Of a DNA stretch of 64,000 bases, positions 22,332-33,317 are shown one piece after another (the first letter of the stretch is position 1; each line of letters starts with the position of its first letter). Location of the stretch: NCBI GenBank assembly GCA_963843795.1, contig CAWJLW010000006.1, positions 1 through 64,000 on the forward strand. Direction: 5' to 3'. Under the pieces are notes generated by a model. That model was not told the origin of the DNA. It did not search any database and saw nothing but the letters and a program-made list of their open reading frames with translations. The position numbers and the translations under genes were made by a program. This DNA is from an uncultured bacterium. Its GTDB lineage: Bacteria > Armatimonadota > Abditibacteriia > Abditibacteriales > Abditibacteriaceae.

Positions 22332-22362
22332 AGGCGGAAGGAAATATTTCCTTCCGCCTTTT
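22332..22362 (+). terminator. Terminator formed by a 28-bp loop-less palindrome plus T-tract
   Basis: AGGCGGAAGGAAAT|ATTTCCTTCCGCCT TTT. Confidence 0.8.
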
Positions 22363-22412
22363 GCGTTTGTGATAGATTATTGTTGTTGGATTGCCTTGTT
22401 TTGTAGTTGTTC

Positions 22413-22485
22413 GCGCTCGTGGCCCAGTGGATAAGGCGTCGCCCTCCGAAGGCGAAGATCGCACGTTCGAGTCGTGCCGGGCGCA
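22413..22485 (+). tRNA. tRNA-Arg(CCG)
   Basis: TCGCC-CTCCGAA-GGCGA anticodon arm; GTTCGAGTC T-loop. Confidence 0.93.
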
Positions 22486-22495
22486 TTTTAGTCTA

Positions 22496-22529
22496 AAAAC
22501 TGTGCTGCAAGTACTTGCAGCACAGTTTT
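22496..22529. repeat. 34-bp perfect loop-less palindrome centred on GCAAGTACTTGC between tRNA genes
   Basis: AAAACTGTGCTGCAAGT|ACTTGCAGCACAGTTTT. Confidence 0.97.
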
Positions 22530-22542
22530 CATTACTGCTTCC

Positions 22543-22614
22543 GCCCTCGTAGCTCAATGGATAGAGCAGACCTCTCCTAAGGGTAAGATCGGGGTTCGAT
22601 TCCCTGTGAGGGCA
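22543..22614 (+). tRNA. tRNA-Arg(CCT)
   Basis: GCCCTCG...TGAGGGC acceptor stem; anticodon loop CTCCTAA; GTTCGATTC T-loop. Confidence 0.9.
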
Positions 22615-22630
22615 TTCCCTTTTCTTTTTC

Positions 22631-23116
22631 ATGACGCACCTCACCCTGCAGCGCGACCAACAATGGATGCGAGCCGCTTTGGACGAAGCGCAACTCTGTC
22701 TGCGTCTCGATTCCCCTGATGACGTACCGGTTGGCGCAGTTTGCGTTTATGAAAACCAAATCATTGCGCGCGCCCACAATCGCCGCGAAATCGACTGCGA
22801 TCCACTTGCTCACGCCGAAGTTTTATGCCTGCGCGCTGCCTCGCAGGTCCTTGCCACTCGCTTTCTATCAGAAGTCACGCTTTACGTCACGCTCGAACCA
22901 TGCCCAATGTGCGCTGGTGCTATCTGGCTTTCGCGTTTGCAGCGCGTCGTTTTCGGCGCGTGGGACGAACGCGCGGGAGCGTGCGGCAGTTTGTTAGATA
23001 TTCCGCGCGACCCGCGATTGAATCATCGACCGCAATTGCGTGGCGGCGTTCTACAAGGCGAATGCGAACAATTGTTACGCGAATTTTTTTCAGGAAAGCG
23101 CGCTCGAAATTTGTAA
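22631..23116 (+). CDS. tadA: tRNA-specific adenosine-34 deaminase
   Basis: DVPVGAV, DPLAHAE, TLYVTLEPCPMCAGA, GACGS, LNHRP, LLREFF. Confidence 0.93.
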   Translation: MTHLTLQRDQQWMRAALDEAQLCLRLDSPDDVPVGAVCVYENQIIARAHNRREIDCDPLAHAEVLCLRAASQVLATRFLSEVTLYVTLEPCPMCAGAIWLSRLQRVVFGAWDERAGACGSLLDIPRDPRLNHRPQLRGGVLQGECEQLLREFFSGKRARNL

Positions 23117-23146
23117 ATTTCGAGCGCATCATGCGACAATGATTCC

Positions 23147-23701
23147 ATGAAAATGACTTTTCCTTTCTCTGTTATCGCTTTCTGCGCTTTGCAAGTACTT
23201 GCAGGTGCCCAAACCTCTGTGCCCGCTCCCGATTTGACCCAGCGCGCTCGTTATGCGCAGCGCGTCGAAATCGTCGGCAGCGATATGCGCTGGGCCGACG
23301 CCAACCTGTGGCGCAGTTGGGAGCAATACGAAGATTTAGACAAGAAGCTGCAAAAGCCTACCCGCAGCGTCGATGTAGAAGCCACCAAAACCGAACTGGC
23401 GACACAAAAATCATTCATCATTGAACACATCGCCAAAGTGCGGGCTAACGCCAAACGTTTGCGCGCGCTTTCGCCCGTTCCACGCGCGTGGAAGAAAGTG
23501 GATGATAAACTGATCGAAGCCTCGCTCGAATGGGAAACTGGTGTTGAAATTCTGGAAACTTGGCTTTTAGTTCCTTCGGACGAAACGCGAAATAATTGCG
23601 CCAAACATCTGCGCCGTGCCCAAACCGTGTGGAATGATGCGCAGCAGGAATTAACGCGCAAAACCGATCCACAGCTGGCCACAAAAAAATATTTCGATTA
23701 A
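23147..23701 (+). CDS. Secreted helical hypothetical protein
   Basis: 184 aa ORF with signal peptide, co-oriented with tadA. Confidence 0.7.
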   Translation: MKMTFPFSVIAFCALQVLAGAQTSVPAPDLTQRARYAQRVEIVGSDMRWADANLWRSWEQYEDLDKKLQKPTRSVDVEATKTELATQKSFIIEHIAKVRANAKRLRALSPVPRAWKKVDDKLIEASLEWETGVEILETWLLVPSDETRNNCAKHLRRAQTVWNDAQQELTRKTDPQLATKKYFD

Positions 23702-23715
23702 TTTTTAAAAACCCC

Positions 23716-23744
23716 TTGACGTGCCCCTGGCACATCGCTATAAT
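23716..23744 (+). promoter_or_regulatory. rRNA promoter P1
   Basis: TTGACG-17 bp-TATAAT with AT-rich upstream sequence. Confidence 0.8.
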
Positions 23745-23941
23745 TTCCTTTGCTGCCTGACGCGAGGTCTTGACCAAACGTTATCGCAGCGTGATATAAA
23801 GAATGTTTTTTGTATCACGTACCTTTATTTTACTGACTGAAGTTGTTGTGTCCTTGCAGTTCGTCTTTTGATTTTGAGTTCAAATGAATTCAGTTGAGAA
23901 AGCGAGCCGCGAAAAAATAAAAAATATTTTTTCGAAAGGGG

Positions 23942-23970
23942 TTGACAAGCGCTTCGAGAGTCGGTAGAAT
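23942..23970 (+). promoter_or_regulatory. rRNA promoter P2
   Basis: TTGACA-17 bp-TAGAAT preceded by A/T tracts (UP element); boxA-like TGTTCTTTGAAAA at about 24034. Confidence 0.85.
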
Positions 23971-24227
23971 ATCTTCTTGCCCCTGACGAGCGACGGCCCG
24001 AAAATAAAGGGAAGTTGAGCGTCAAGAGAGGCGTGTTCTTTGAAAACTGAATAGCGTTTTGCGAAACAATTTAAGCCAGTATTTAACGAGTCATCGTTAA
24101 TACTAAATGTGATGTGCGAGTTTCAGGTCAATCAAGTTCAACTGCTTCTTTGAGCAAAAGAAGCGCTCTTCTTTGTTATCAAAGACCTTCGGGTCAAATA
24201 GCCTTCGGGCTTTATAGATAAACATTT

Positions 24228-25751
<1,524 letters not shown>

Positions 25752-25884
25752 TGGAGAACTATCTCGAAAGTCTTAGGACGAATAGAGACACTCCAAAATC
25801 TCACACATCATGGTTTAGCGGAATTTGACCCCCCGCACTGTTTCGTAAACGTTATTCAGTTTTCAGCGATACACGCCGAAAATG

Positions 25885-25916
25885 AAAATCCCGCAATCGA
25901 TGATTGCGGGATTTTT
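25885..25916. terminator. Bidirectional intrinsic terminator directly after 16S
   Basis: AAAATCCCGCAATC-GAT-GATTGCGGGATTTTT. Confidence 0.88.
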
Positions 25917-25927
25917 GTCGTTGGTAG

Positions 25928-26503
25928 TTAACGTTCCTTTGTTGGCTTCAAGCGCCAGATATGATTAATATAGCGTGCTTTTGTCTTGTCGAAAGCGCCT
26001 TCAGCCAAAGCTAAAACTTCACCCTTGCGACCCACGACTGCTACGTAGATTGTATCAGTCTTAATTTTCCCCAAAGCGCCAGTGATTTTTGAAGGTGGAA
26101 TATAAAGTGTGACGACATGGGCGCGCTTGTCCTCTCCACGAATACCCACACGCATTGCATTATCGAGAAATCCCTGACGCAACTGACTCATCTGGCCAAC
26201 AACAGGAAGTTCATACCAGTTTTTAATTTCGGGCGTGATTTTGAGACCTTCGACCCAACTATCGATGAGATTTTGATGATTGCGCTCAAAAGCGATCAAC
26301 AGTAGAGTGCGTGGCGCGACGAAGTTGTCAGGAATAACAAAGGTATTGCCGTTCAGGTCAGCAGAATCAAGGCGCGGTAAGACAAGTTTCTTGGGTGCAG
26401 GTTTGGCTATTGGCGCAGCTTCTTCGGCGTGCCCCTCTGAAAAGAGGGCCACTGTTGTGACAGACAAGGCAATAAGAGGAAAAATTTTCATAAAAATCAT
26501 CAT
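25928..26503 (-). CDS. Secreted thioredoxin-fold protein (ATP10-like)
   Basis: Signal peptide; DLNGNTFVIP, TLLLIAFER, IDSW, YELPVV, MRVGI; no CxxC. Confidence 0.6.
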   Translation of the reverse strand: MMIFMKIFPLIALSVTTVALFSEGHAEEAAPIAKPAPKKLVLPRLDSADLNGNTFVIPDNFVAPRTLLLIAFERNHQNLIDSWVEGLKITPEIKNWYELPVVGQMSQLRQGFLDNAMRVGIRGEDKRAHVVTLYIPPSKITGALGKIKTDTIYVAVVGRKGEVLALAEGAFDKTKARYINHIWRLKPTKER

Positions 26504-26706
26504 GCAAATTGCAAACCTATAAGAATGGAGTCGACTGGAACGGCAAAATTGCGCGATGAATACGCGTTTGCAAGAGCGCGGCTTGCTTTCAGACGATTAA
26601 AAAAAAGTTTTTTATTTGTCTAAGTAAGAATTAGATATCGAAATGGCGTGAGCCAAAAAGTCATTAGAATTCCTTCCTGCCACTCTCAAAGTCATTGCCC
26701 ACCTGA

Positions 26707-26726
26707 TGCTGCAAGTACTTGCAGCA
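26707..26726. repeat. Palindrome copy TGCTGCAAGTACTTGCAGCA
   Basis: 20-bp perfect palindrome, intergenic. Confidence 0.95.
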
Positions 26727-27052
26727 GGCCTTAGGCTGGAACTCTTTGAGCAATATTGATCAGCATCGATTTATCGCGCACTCCAAGCAAAGTTCGCGAA
26801 GCTAGTGAATATAATGTAGCCATAATTCCTTTCTGGCTCATTTTAAATCGCGAAGTAATTCCATTTTATCGAAGATATCGACGGCTACAACTTGCGAAAT
26901 GTCAGTTCCATTCGCATAATCAACGACGATTGTATAATGGGTTCATTTTCTCCTGCAGGGACTTGCGCTGCAATCTCGGCGCAAACTTCATTCATAACCA
27001 TTTAATCAGGAAAAAGAGTGAGCCAGTCAAAAGTCAAAACGTCTTTTCGTGC

Positions 27053-28111
27053 ATGACTGAAATCGTTGCAGAAAAGCCCGTCGCAAGTACTTGCGCACCG
27101 AAATTATGGATGCCAGAGCGCGTGATTTTTACGCCTGCCGCACTCGATGAAGCGCACGGACAGCGAATTCTTCGACGCTTGCAAGCGCTTGATTTGCCGA
27201 TTGAATATGCAAAATCAAATCGCATCACTGATGTGCGTGGCGCAAACGAGCGAGAAACTTACAACCGGGCGAAGCGCACCTTGGCCGTTGTGAACGCGCC
27301 TCTTGGGCAATTGAAGTTGCAACCTATTCCGCCCAGCGCCGATTGGCAATTCCATCTCGCGCAAGGTTGTCCAGCGCATTGCCAGTATTGTTATCTCGCG
27401 GGAAGTCTCAGTGGGCCGCCTCTGGTGCGCGTTTACGCGAACTTGCCGCAGATTTTGGATAATCTGGCGCAATATGAAAGCGGTAAAGAAACCAGTTATG
27501 AAGTTTCGTGCTACACCGATCCGCTTGCGCTGGAACATCTTACGGGAAGCCTCAGTGAGTGCATTAATTATTTCGGCACGCGCGAAAATGGATTTTTGCG
27601 CTGGGTTTCTAAATTCGATAATGTGGATGATCTGCTTAATTTGAATCATAATCGCCAAACGCGCTGCCGTTTCAGCGTCAATGTGCCAGAAATTTCGCGA
27701 CGTTTGGAGGGTGGAACGTCAAGTGTTGTATCTCGAATAGGTGCAGCCAGTAAATTAGCGTGCGCGGGTTATCCCATCGGTTTTGTCATCGCGCCAATTA
27801 TGCCGGTTGAAAATTGGAAAGAAGCCTACAGCGACTTGTTAGAAAATATCGCAATGGAAATCGGTAATGATGCAGATGTGACTTTCGAATTGATTACTCA
27901 TCGCTTTACGCCTGGCTCGAAAGACGTTTTACTGTCGTGGTATCCAAAGACGAAATTAGATTTAGAGGAAAGCGGCCGCAGTGAAAAGCGCAATAAGTTT
28001 GGTGGAGTGAAATATGTTTACCCTCGCGAAACGATGAAGGAATTGCGGGCGTGGTTTGAAAGTGAAATCGCGCGGCGAATGCCCAACGGGCGCGTGTTGT
28101 ATTGGACGTAA
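27053..28111 (+). CDS. splB: Spore photoproduct lyase family radical SAM protein
   Basis: AKRTLAVV, IPPSADWQFHLAQGCPAHCQYCYL, TDPLALEHLTGSL, FELITHRFT, KFGGVKYVYP, LYWT. Confidence 0.88.
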   Translation: MTEIVAEKPVASTCAPKLWMPERVIFTPAALDEAHGQRILRRLQALDLPIEYAKSNRITDVRGANERETYNRAKRTLAVVNAPLGQLKLQPIPPSADWQFHLAQGCPAHCQYCYLAGSLSGPPLVRVYANLPQILDNLAQYESGKETSYEVSCYTDPLALEHLTGSLSECINYFGTRENGFLRWVSKFDNVDDLLNLNHNRQTRCRFSVNVPEISRRLEGGTSSVVSRIGAASKLACAGYPIGFVIAPIMPVENWKEAYSDLLENIAMEIGNDADVTFELITHRFTPGSKDVLLSWYPKTKLDLEESGRSEKRNKFGGVKYVYPRETMKELRAWFESEIARRMPNGRVLYWT

Positions 28112-28157
28112 AGCGGATGCTGCAAGTTACTTGCCCACAGGAATTTCGCGATTTGAC

Positions 28158-28186
28158 TTGCAAAGTTTGGCGTGAGATGTTAGAAT
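28158..28186 (+). promoter_or_regulatory. Sigma70 promoter of tRNA-Ile
   Basis: TTGCAA-17 bp-TAGAAT with extended -10 TG. Confidence 0.65.
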
Positions 28187-28211
28187 TTTCTTTCGCGCCA
28201 TGCCAACAAGC

Positions 28212-28285
28212 GCGCTCATAGCTCAGCTGGTTAGAGCGCCACACTGATAATGTGGAGGTCCCTGGTTCGAGTCCAGGTGAGCGCA
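28212..28285 (+). tRNA. tRNA-Ile(GAT)
   Basis: GCGCTCA...TGAGCGC acceptor stem; CCACA-CTGATAA-TGTGG anticodon arm; hairpin 28289-28323 follows. Confidence 0.95.
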
Positions 28286-28387
28286 TTTAATAGCCCCACT
28301 TTCTCGGCGAAAATGGGGCTATTCTTCAAATTTTCGGGATAGAACGTTGCCATCAGCCCTTCAAAAAACCCATTTTTGGAGAGGATT

Positions 28388-29500
28388 ATGCGTAACAGGT
28401 CAACACACTTCCGAGATTCCCAACCCACTTCCCACACCCCTTCTGATATAAACGCTGGCCAAGAAGTCGAACCGGCTAAGCCCGCCCCGCTGCGCTTGGT
28501 TTCCAGCCACAATCGCGCAGCACGCGCCGGCTCAAAACGCCCGGCCCAGAGTACCTGCTACCGCCGCGCCGACGAAATTCCCACCGCTCACTAGTTGCCT
28601 TTGTCTTCGGAATGGCTCGATTGGGGCCGCTTGCAGGGCCAAAGTTCGCGCACCGCGGACTTGCGTCGAATGCTGATTGGGCGCTTGCACTGGTTTTTGG
28701 AGCAGGGCAATCACGATATTTGTGGCGGCGCGGAACTACGCAAGTTTTTTACTCACCTCATCGACGGCCACCTTTTACCGGATGGCCGTTGGGGTTGTGG
28801 AAGCGATAACAAGGGCCGCTCGCCGCTCTCGACGGCCACACTGGGCACTTATCACCGCCACTTCAATTCTTTCTTCCATTACCTGATTGAGCAGGAAATG
28901 ATGGAAGTTTCACCATTATTCCAAGTGCCAAAGCAGAAAGACACCTCCGACCAGATCGAGCCGTTCACTTTGGATCAAGTCAAAGCCTTGATGAAGGTTG
29001 CTAACGATTCGCGCTATCCCAAACGCAACACGGCGATCATTCGCCTGTTGCTCGATACGGGAATGCGAGCGTCCGAACTTTGCGGTCTGCGCATGGGACA
29101 TATTGATGTTTTTGAAGCGCGCGCCCGCGTTCTGGGCAAAGGTAATAAGGAACGGACGGTTTACTGGGGGCAGCACTGCGCTCGAGCGCTCCGCTCGTAC
29201 ATCCGCGAAGAATATTATAGTGCTGATAACTACGGTCCCGATGATCCGCTTTTTCTCACCGAAGGCGGCGCGGGTTCGGGAGGCGCACTGACTTACACCG
29301 GATTGCGTTTGCTGATTCAGAAAATGGGCAAGCGGGCAGGGTTGCAGAGCGTACGCTGTTCACCACACACGTTTCGTCATACCTTTGCGATTGAATTTTT
29401 GCGGGCGGGCGGTGGCATTGAAACCTTGCGCGAAATCTTGGGACACACGACGCTGAAAATGACGATGGAATACGTCAAGCTGGTTCGAGTTTTTGCGTGA
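28388..29500 (+). pseudogene. Tyrosine recombinase/integrase (XerC/D-like) with in-frame TAG at 28592-28594 and a probably truncated C-terminus
   Basis: LLLDTGMRASEL, GKGNKER, PHTFRHTFA, LGHTTLKMTMEY; the upstream in-frame ORF has RBS GGAGAGGA; it adjoins tRNA-Ile. Confidence 0.85.
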
Positions 29501-29840
29501 TCGTTAGGCCAACGAGGTCAACTTCTGGCACCCCACTGCCCGCACCGCCTTTCTCCACCGCCTTTGGCGCTCTCGAGCCGGGACAGCTCTTCTTGTGGAA
29601 ACTGCACTCAGCAGAAAACTTCATCAGGGGCGGTTTTTTCGTCCGTTATTCGAGTTTGCCCTTATCGCTCGCGTGGGAAGCGTTTGGTCCCAACATTACA
29701 AGGGCGCAAATACGCGCGCCGACTTTGCGCAGTCTTCGGTAGCTACTTGGCGGCGCACTCTTTCATTCTTGCGTAAATGATCATAGTAGCCGCTACGTGA
29801 GACGCTCAACAGATGGCAGAACTGCCGTTTGCTCCGATCT
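29500..29840 (-). mobile_element. IS3-family transposase (OrfB N-terminal) remnant
   Basis: FCHLLSVSRSGYY motif; heavily decayed. Confidence 0.6.
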
Positions 29841-29907
29841 AATTCAATTTTCCCACCGGCTATGTCGAGTTTGTCTGATAACCTATGATCCATCCAAAAT
29901 TTCCGAA

Positions 29908-29945
29908 CTCCAACGCTTCTGCAAGTACTTGCAGAAGCGTTGGAG
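29908..29945. repeat. 38-bp perfect loop-less palindrome centred on GCAAGTACTTGC
   Basis: CTCCAACGCTTCTGCAAGT|ACTTGCAGAAGCGTTGGAG. Confidence 0.97.
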
Positions 29946-30035
29946 AGGTTAAAAAGTGTTGTGCCGGAGATCCAGTGCCCTTATTGTGGACGTGGATAAT
30001 GGTCTTTTCTTTTCAACGTCTATGCCACCTTCATC

Positions 30036-33000
30036 ATGAAACAACAGATTCGCTTTCTCATCTTGCTGGCCGCGACTTTTCTGGGTTTTGGCGTCGTGCT
30101 TTACGCTTGGGCGGCGATGCTTAAACCGCAACTCAGGGCTGTGGCCATTAGTTATCCCAAGTCCAAAATTCAGGAGATCGAAACGCTGCGCGCTACCCGC
30201 TTCGATCCCAAGAACCCGCCCACCGTCCAACGCGATGTGGAATATGAGCGCGGCAAGGCGGCGGCATGGTATCCCAAAGGCGAATCGCCGATTTTGGCCG
30301 AGCTGGTGAAGGACAAAAAATTGCTGCCGGTCGCCGAGCGCGTGGGGCCGGAGCCGTTGGTATTGGAAGGCGTGGACGGCATTGGCAAGTACGGCGGGAC
30401 GTGGATTCGCGTCGCCAATTCGCCCGGCGATGTGAGCGTGATTACCTGGCGTCTGGCCGGTGCGACGATGGTGCGCTGGTCGCCGATGGGTTATCCCATT
30501 CGCCCCCAGATCGCCAAAAGTTGGAAGGTTAGCCCCGACCGGCGCGAATGGACCTTCCATTTACGAAAAGGCATGAAATGGTCGGATGGGCACCCGTTGA
30601 CTGCTGATGACGCCGTGTATTGGTGGCAAGCCGAGCAGAAGAAAATCGCTGCGACTCCGGTGCCCTGGATGACGGTGGGCGGAAAAACCGGTGACGTGGT
30701 GAAGGTGGACGATTACACCATCAAATTCGTCTTTCCCACGTCCAACGGCGTGCTGCTGGAGCGACTGGCCGGTGCCACTCCCTTTTCCCCACGTCACTAT
30801 CTGGAAAAGTATCATCCCGACCTGGGCGATCAGGAGCTCATCAAGAAAACCATGGCGGCGCGCGGCCTGACTTCGGCGCGCGCGCTTTATACCGCGCTGA
30901 CCGATTTTCGTAATCCCGCACATCCGCGCTTATGGCCGTGGATTTATCGCACCTACAAAGCCAGTCCGCCGGAAAGTTTCGTTCGTAACCCCTACTTTTA
31001 CGGCGTAGACCCGCAGGGCAATCAACTTCCCTACGTCGATAGAGTGCTGTTTGAAGTAAAAAGCCCCAAACTCATCCCGATTTCCGCAGCCAGTGGCGAC
31101 GTGACCATGCAGGCGCGTCACATCGCCTATGATAGCTACACCATGCTGATGGAGAACCGCGCGCGCAACAACTACGATGTTTATCACTGGTTTCCGGCTT
31201 CGCGCTCGGCGTTCACGCTGTGGCCCAACAACAATCGCCGCGTGTTGCCCAACGATGCGACTTCGCGCAACAAAGCCGCTCTGTTAGGTGATAAGCGTTT
31301 TCGACAGGCGCTTTCTTTAGCCATCAACCGCCAACAGATCATCGATTCCATCTACGCTGGATACGGTGAACCAGCGCAAATCGACCCGGGCCGTGAATCG
31401 GAGTTTCACTCCGAAAAGCTGATGAAAAGCTTCACCCAACACGATCCGCAACGCGCCAATACAATGTTGGACGCGTTAGGTTTGGATAAACGTGACATTG
31501 AGGGCATGAGGACATTCCCTGATGGTTCGCGCATGACGTGGTATATTGACTTCACCGACTTCACTGGAGAAGGCCCCAGTCAGTTCGTGGTGGACAACTG
31601 GCGCGAAGTGGGCATCCGCGCCATCCAACGCGAACGCTCGCGCCCATTGTGGACGACCGAAAAAGCGGCTCTGGTTCACGACTTTAGCGTGTGGACGGGC
31701 GAAAGCGAGTTCAATCCGCTGGTCGAGCCGCGCTCTTTTGTAGCGACTTACGGCGAATCACACTTTGCTCCGGCGACGGGTATCTGGTATCAAAAGGGCG
31801 GATTATATGGAAATCCCAAAGCGTTGCAGGGAGGTATTGAGCCGCCCAAAGGTGGCCCGATGCGCCGCGCTCAAGAATTGTTCGAACAAGCGCAGCAGGC
31901 CCCGTCGCGGGCGCGCCAGATCGAGCTTTTTAAACAGATCACCGATATCGCCGCAGAGAACGTGTGGTCGATTTCGATTGCCACGCCGCCGCCGCAGCTC
32001 GCGGTGGTGAAAAAGGGTTTTCGCAATGTGCCGCGCAACGTGATTTACGGCGCGTCGTACAACACGCCCGCCAACGCCGGAATCGAAACCTTTTACTTTG
32101 AAAAACCGAGCGATTCACCCGGAGCAATCGCGCAGATCAAGAGTGAAATGACCCATATCACGCTCGCCCCTGACGCAGCGCGCGCCGAGACAGAGCAGAG
32201 TGGTCAAAGCGGCGGTTTGAGCGGCTTTATCAAGCTGCTAATTTATGGCACTTTGGCGCTGGGCATGGCGTTAGTCGCAGTGCGCCATCCTTACATCGGG
32301 CGGCGCGTGCTGATTATGATCCCGACGCTGTTCATCATTTCGTTGGTGACTTTCGCCATCATTCAGCTTCCCCCCGGCGATTTTATCGAAACGCGTATCA
32401 CCGAACTGCGCTCTACAGGCGATGAGGCCGCTATCGAGGAAGTGGGACGCTTGCGCGAAATGTTTCATCTGGATGAGCCGATTGGACAGCAGTATGCGCG
32501 TTGGATGGGCTTGAAGTGGTTCCTGTCCTTCGATGAGGCCGACAAAGGCTTGTTGCAGGGTGAGATGGGCCGCTCGATGGAAACACAGAAAACAGTTAAC
32601 GACATCGTTGGCGACCGTGTGGCGTTGACCGTTTTGGTATCGCTGGGCACGATTCTTTTCACTTGGGCCATCGCCATGCCCATCGGCATCTATTCGGCGG
32701 TGCGGCAGTATTCGTGGGGCGATTATGTGCTGACCTTTGTCGGTTTCATCGGAATGTGCGTGCCCAACTTTCTGCTCGCCATCATCCTGATGTACGGGAG
32801 CAGCAAGTACTTGGGCATCAACGTTACCGGCCTGTTCTCGCCCGAATACGCTGCCGCGCCAGAATGGACGTGGGGCAAAATTGTGGACTTGCTGCAACAC
32901 ATCTGGGTGCCGATTATCGTTATCGCTACAGCGGGAACGGCGGGCATGATCCGCGTCATGCGCGGCAACCTGTTGGACGAACTTCGCAAACCGTATGTGA

Positions 33001-33317
33001 CAACCGCCATGGCCAAGGGCGTCCGTCCCTTCCGACTTTTGATGAAGTATCCGGTGCGCCTGGCGCTCAATCCGTTTATCTCCGGCATTGGCGGTATTTT
33101 CCCCCAACTCATTTCTGGCGGTGCCATTGTGGCGATTGTGCTCAGCCTGCCGATGGTGGGGCCGGTAATGCTGCAAGGCTTGATGACACAGGACATTTAC
33201 CTCGCAGGTTCGATGCTAATGGTGCTTTCGCTATTGGGCATCTTCGGTACGCTGGTCAGCGATTTATTGCTGTTGTGGCTCGACCCGCGCATTCGCATGG
33301 AAGGTGGCTCCGAATGA
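30036..33317 (+). CDS. Opp/Dpp-type ABC transporter: family-5 substrate-binding domain fused to an OppB-like permease
   Basis: LRKGMKWSDGHPLTADD, RNPYFYGVDPQGNQLPYVD, FRQALSLAINR; then IIQLPPGD, RGNLLDELRKPYVTTAMAKG, LDPRIR; single 1093 aa ORF. Confidence 0.9.
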   Translation: MKQQIRFLILLAATFLGFGVVLYAWAAMLKPQLRAVAISYPKSKIQEIETLRATRFDPKNPPTVQRDVEYERGKAAAWYPKGESPILAELVKDKKLLPVAERVGPEPLVLEGVDGIGKYGGTWIRVANSPGDVSVITWRLAGATMVRWSPMGYPIRPQIAKSWKVSPDRREWTFHLRKGMKWSDGHPLTADDAVYWWQAEQKKIAATPVPWMTVGGKTGDVVKVDDYTIKFVFPTSNGVLLERLAGATPFSPRHYLEKYHPDLGDQELIKKTMAARGLTSARALYTALTDFRNPAHPRLWPWIYRTYKASPPESFVRNPYFYGVDPQGNQLPYVDRVLFEVKSPKLIPISAASGDVTMQARHIAYDSYTMLMENRARNNYDVYHWFPASRSAFTLWPNNNRRVLPNDATSRNKAALLGDKRFRQALSLAINRQQIIDSIYAGYGEPAQIDPGRESEFHSEKLMKSFTQHDPQRANTMLDALGLDKRDIEGMRTFPDGSRMTWYIDFTDFTGEGPSQFVVDNWREVGIRAIQRERSRPLWTTEKAALVHDFSVWTGESEFNPLVEPRSFVATYGESHFAPATGIWYQKGGLYGNPKALQGGIEPPKGGPMRRAQELFEQAQQAPSRARQIELFKQITDIAAENVWSISIATPPPQLAVVKKGFRNVPRNVIYGASYNTPANAGIETFYFEKPSDSPGAIAQIKSEMTHITLAPDAARAETEQSGQSGGLSGFIKLLIYGTLALGMALVAVRHPYIGRRVLIMIPTLFIISLVTFAIIQLPPGDFIETRITELRSTGDEAAIEEVGRLREMFHLDEPIGQQYARWMGLKWFLSFDEADKGLLQGEMGRSMETQKTVNDIVGDRVALTVLVSLGTILFTWAIAMPIGIYSAVRQYSWGDYVLTFVGFIGMCVPNFLLAIILMYGSSKYLGINVTGLFSPEYAAAPEWTWGKIVDLLQHIWVPIIVIATAGTAGMIRVMRGNLLDELRKPYVTTAMAKGVRPFRLLMKYPVRLALNPFISGIGGIFPQLISGGAIVAIVLSLPMVGPVMLQGLMTQDIYLAGSMLMVLSLLGIFGTLVSDLLLLWLDPRIRMEGGSE

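Noticed and set aside
26756..27052. N-terminal extension of the SplB-like ORF (likewise 32663-33313 for the permease and 18924-18959 for pckG)
   Set aside because: Upstream open-frame run-on with no family similarity; better starts lie downstream.
28592..28594. Pyrrolysine or amber recoding of the integrase
   Set aside because: TAG terminates ordinary genes here (e.g. 9354, 21146, 47232) and there are no pyl genes; a nonsense mutation or error is simpler.
28388..29945. Integron (integrase with attC hairpins)
   Set aside because: No IntI-specific insertion is recognisable, and the hairpins lack the RYYYAAC/GTTRRRY ends and extrahelical bases of attC sites.
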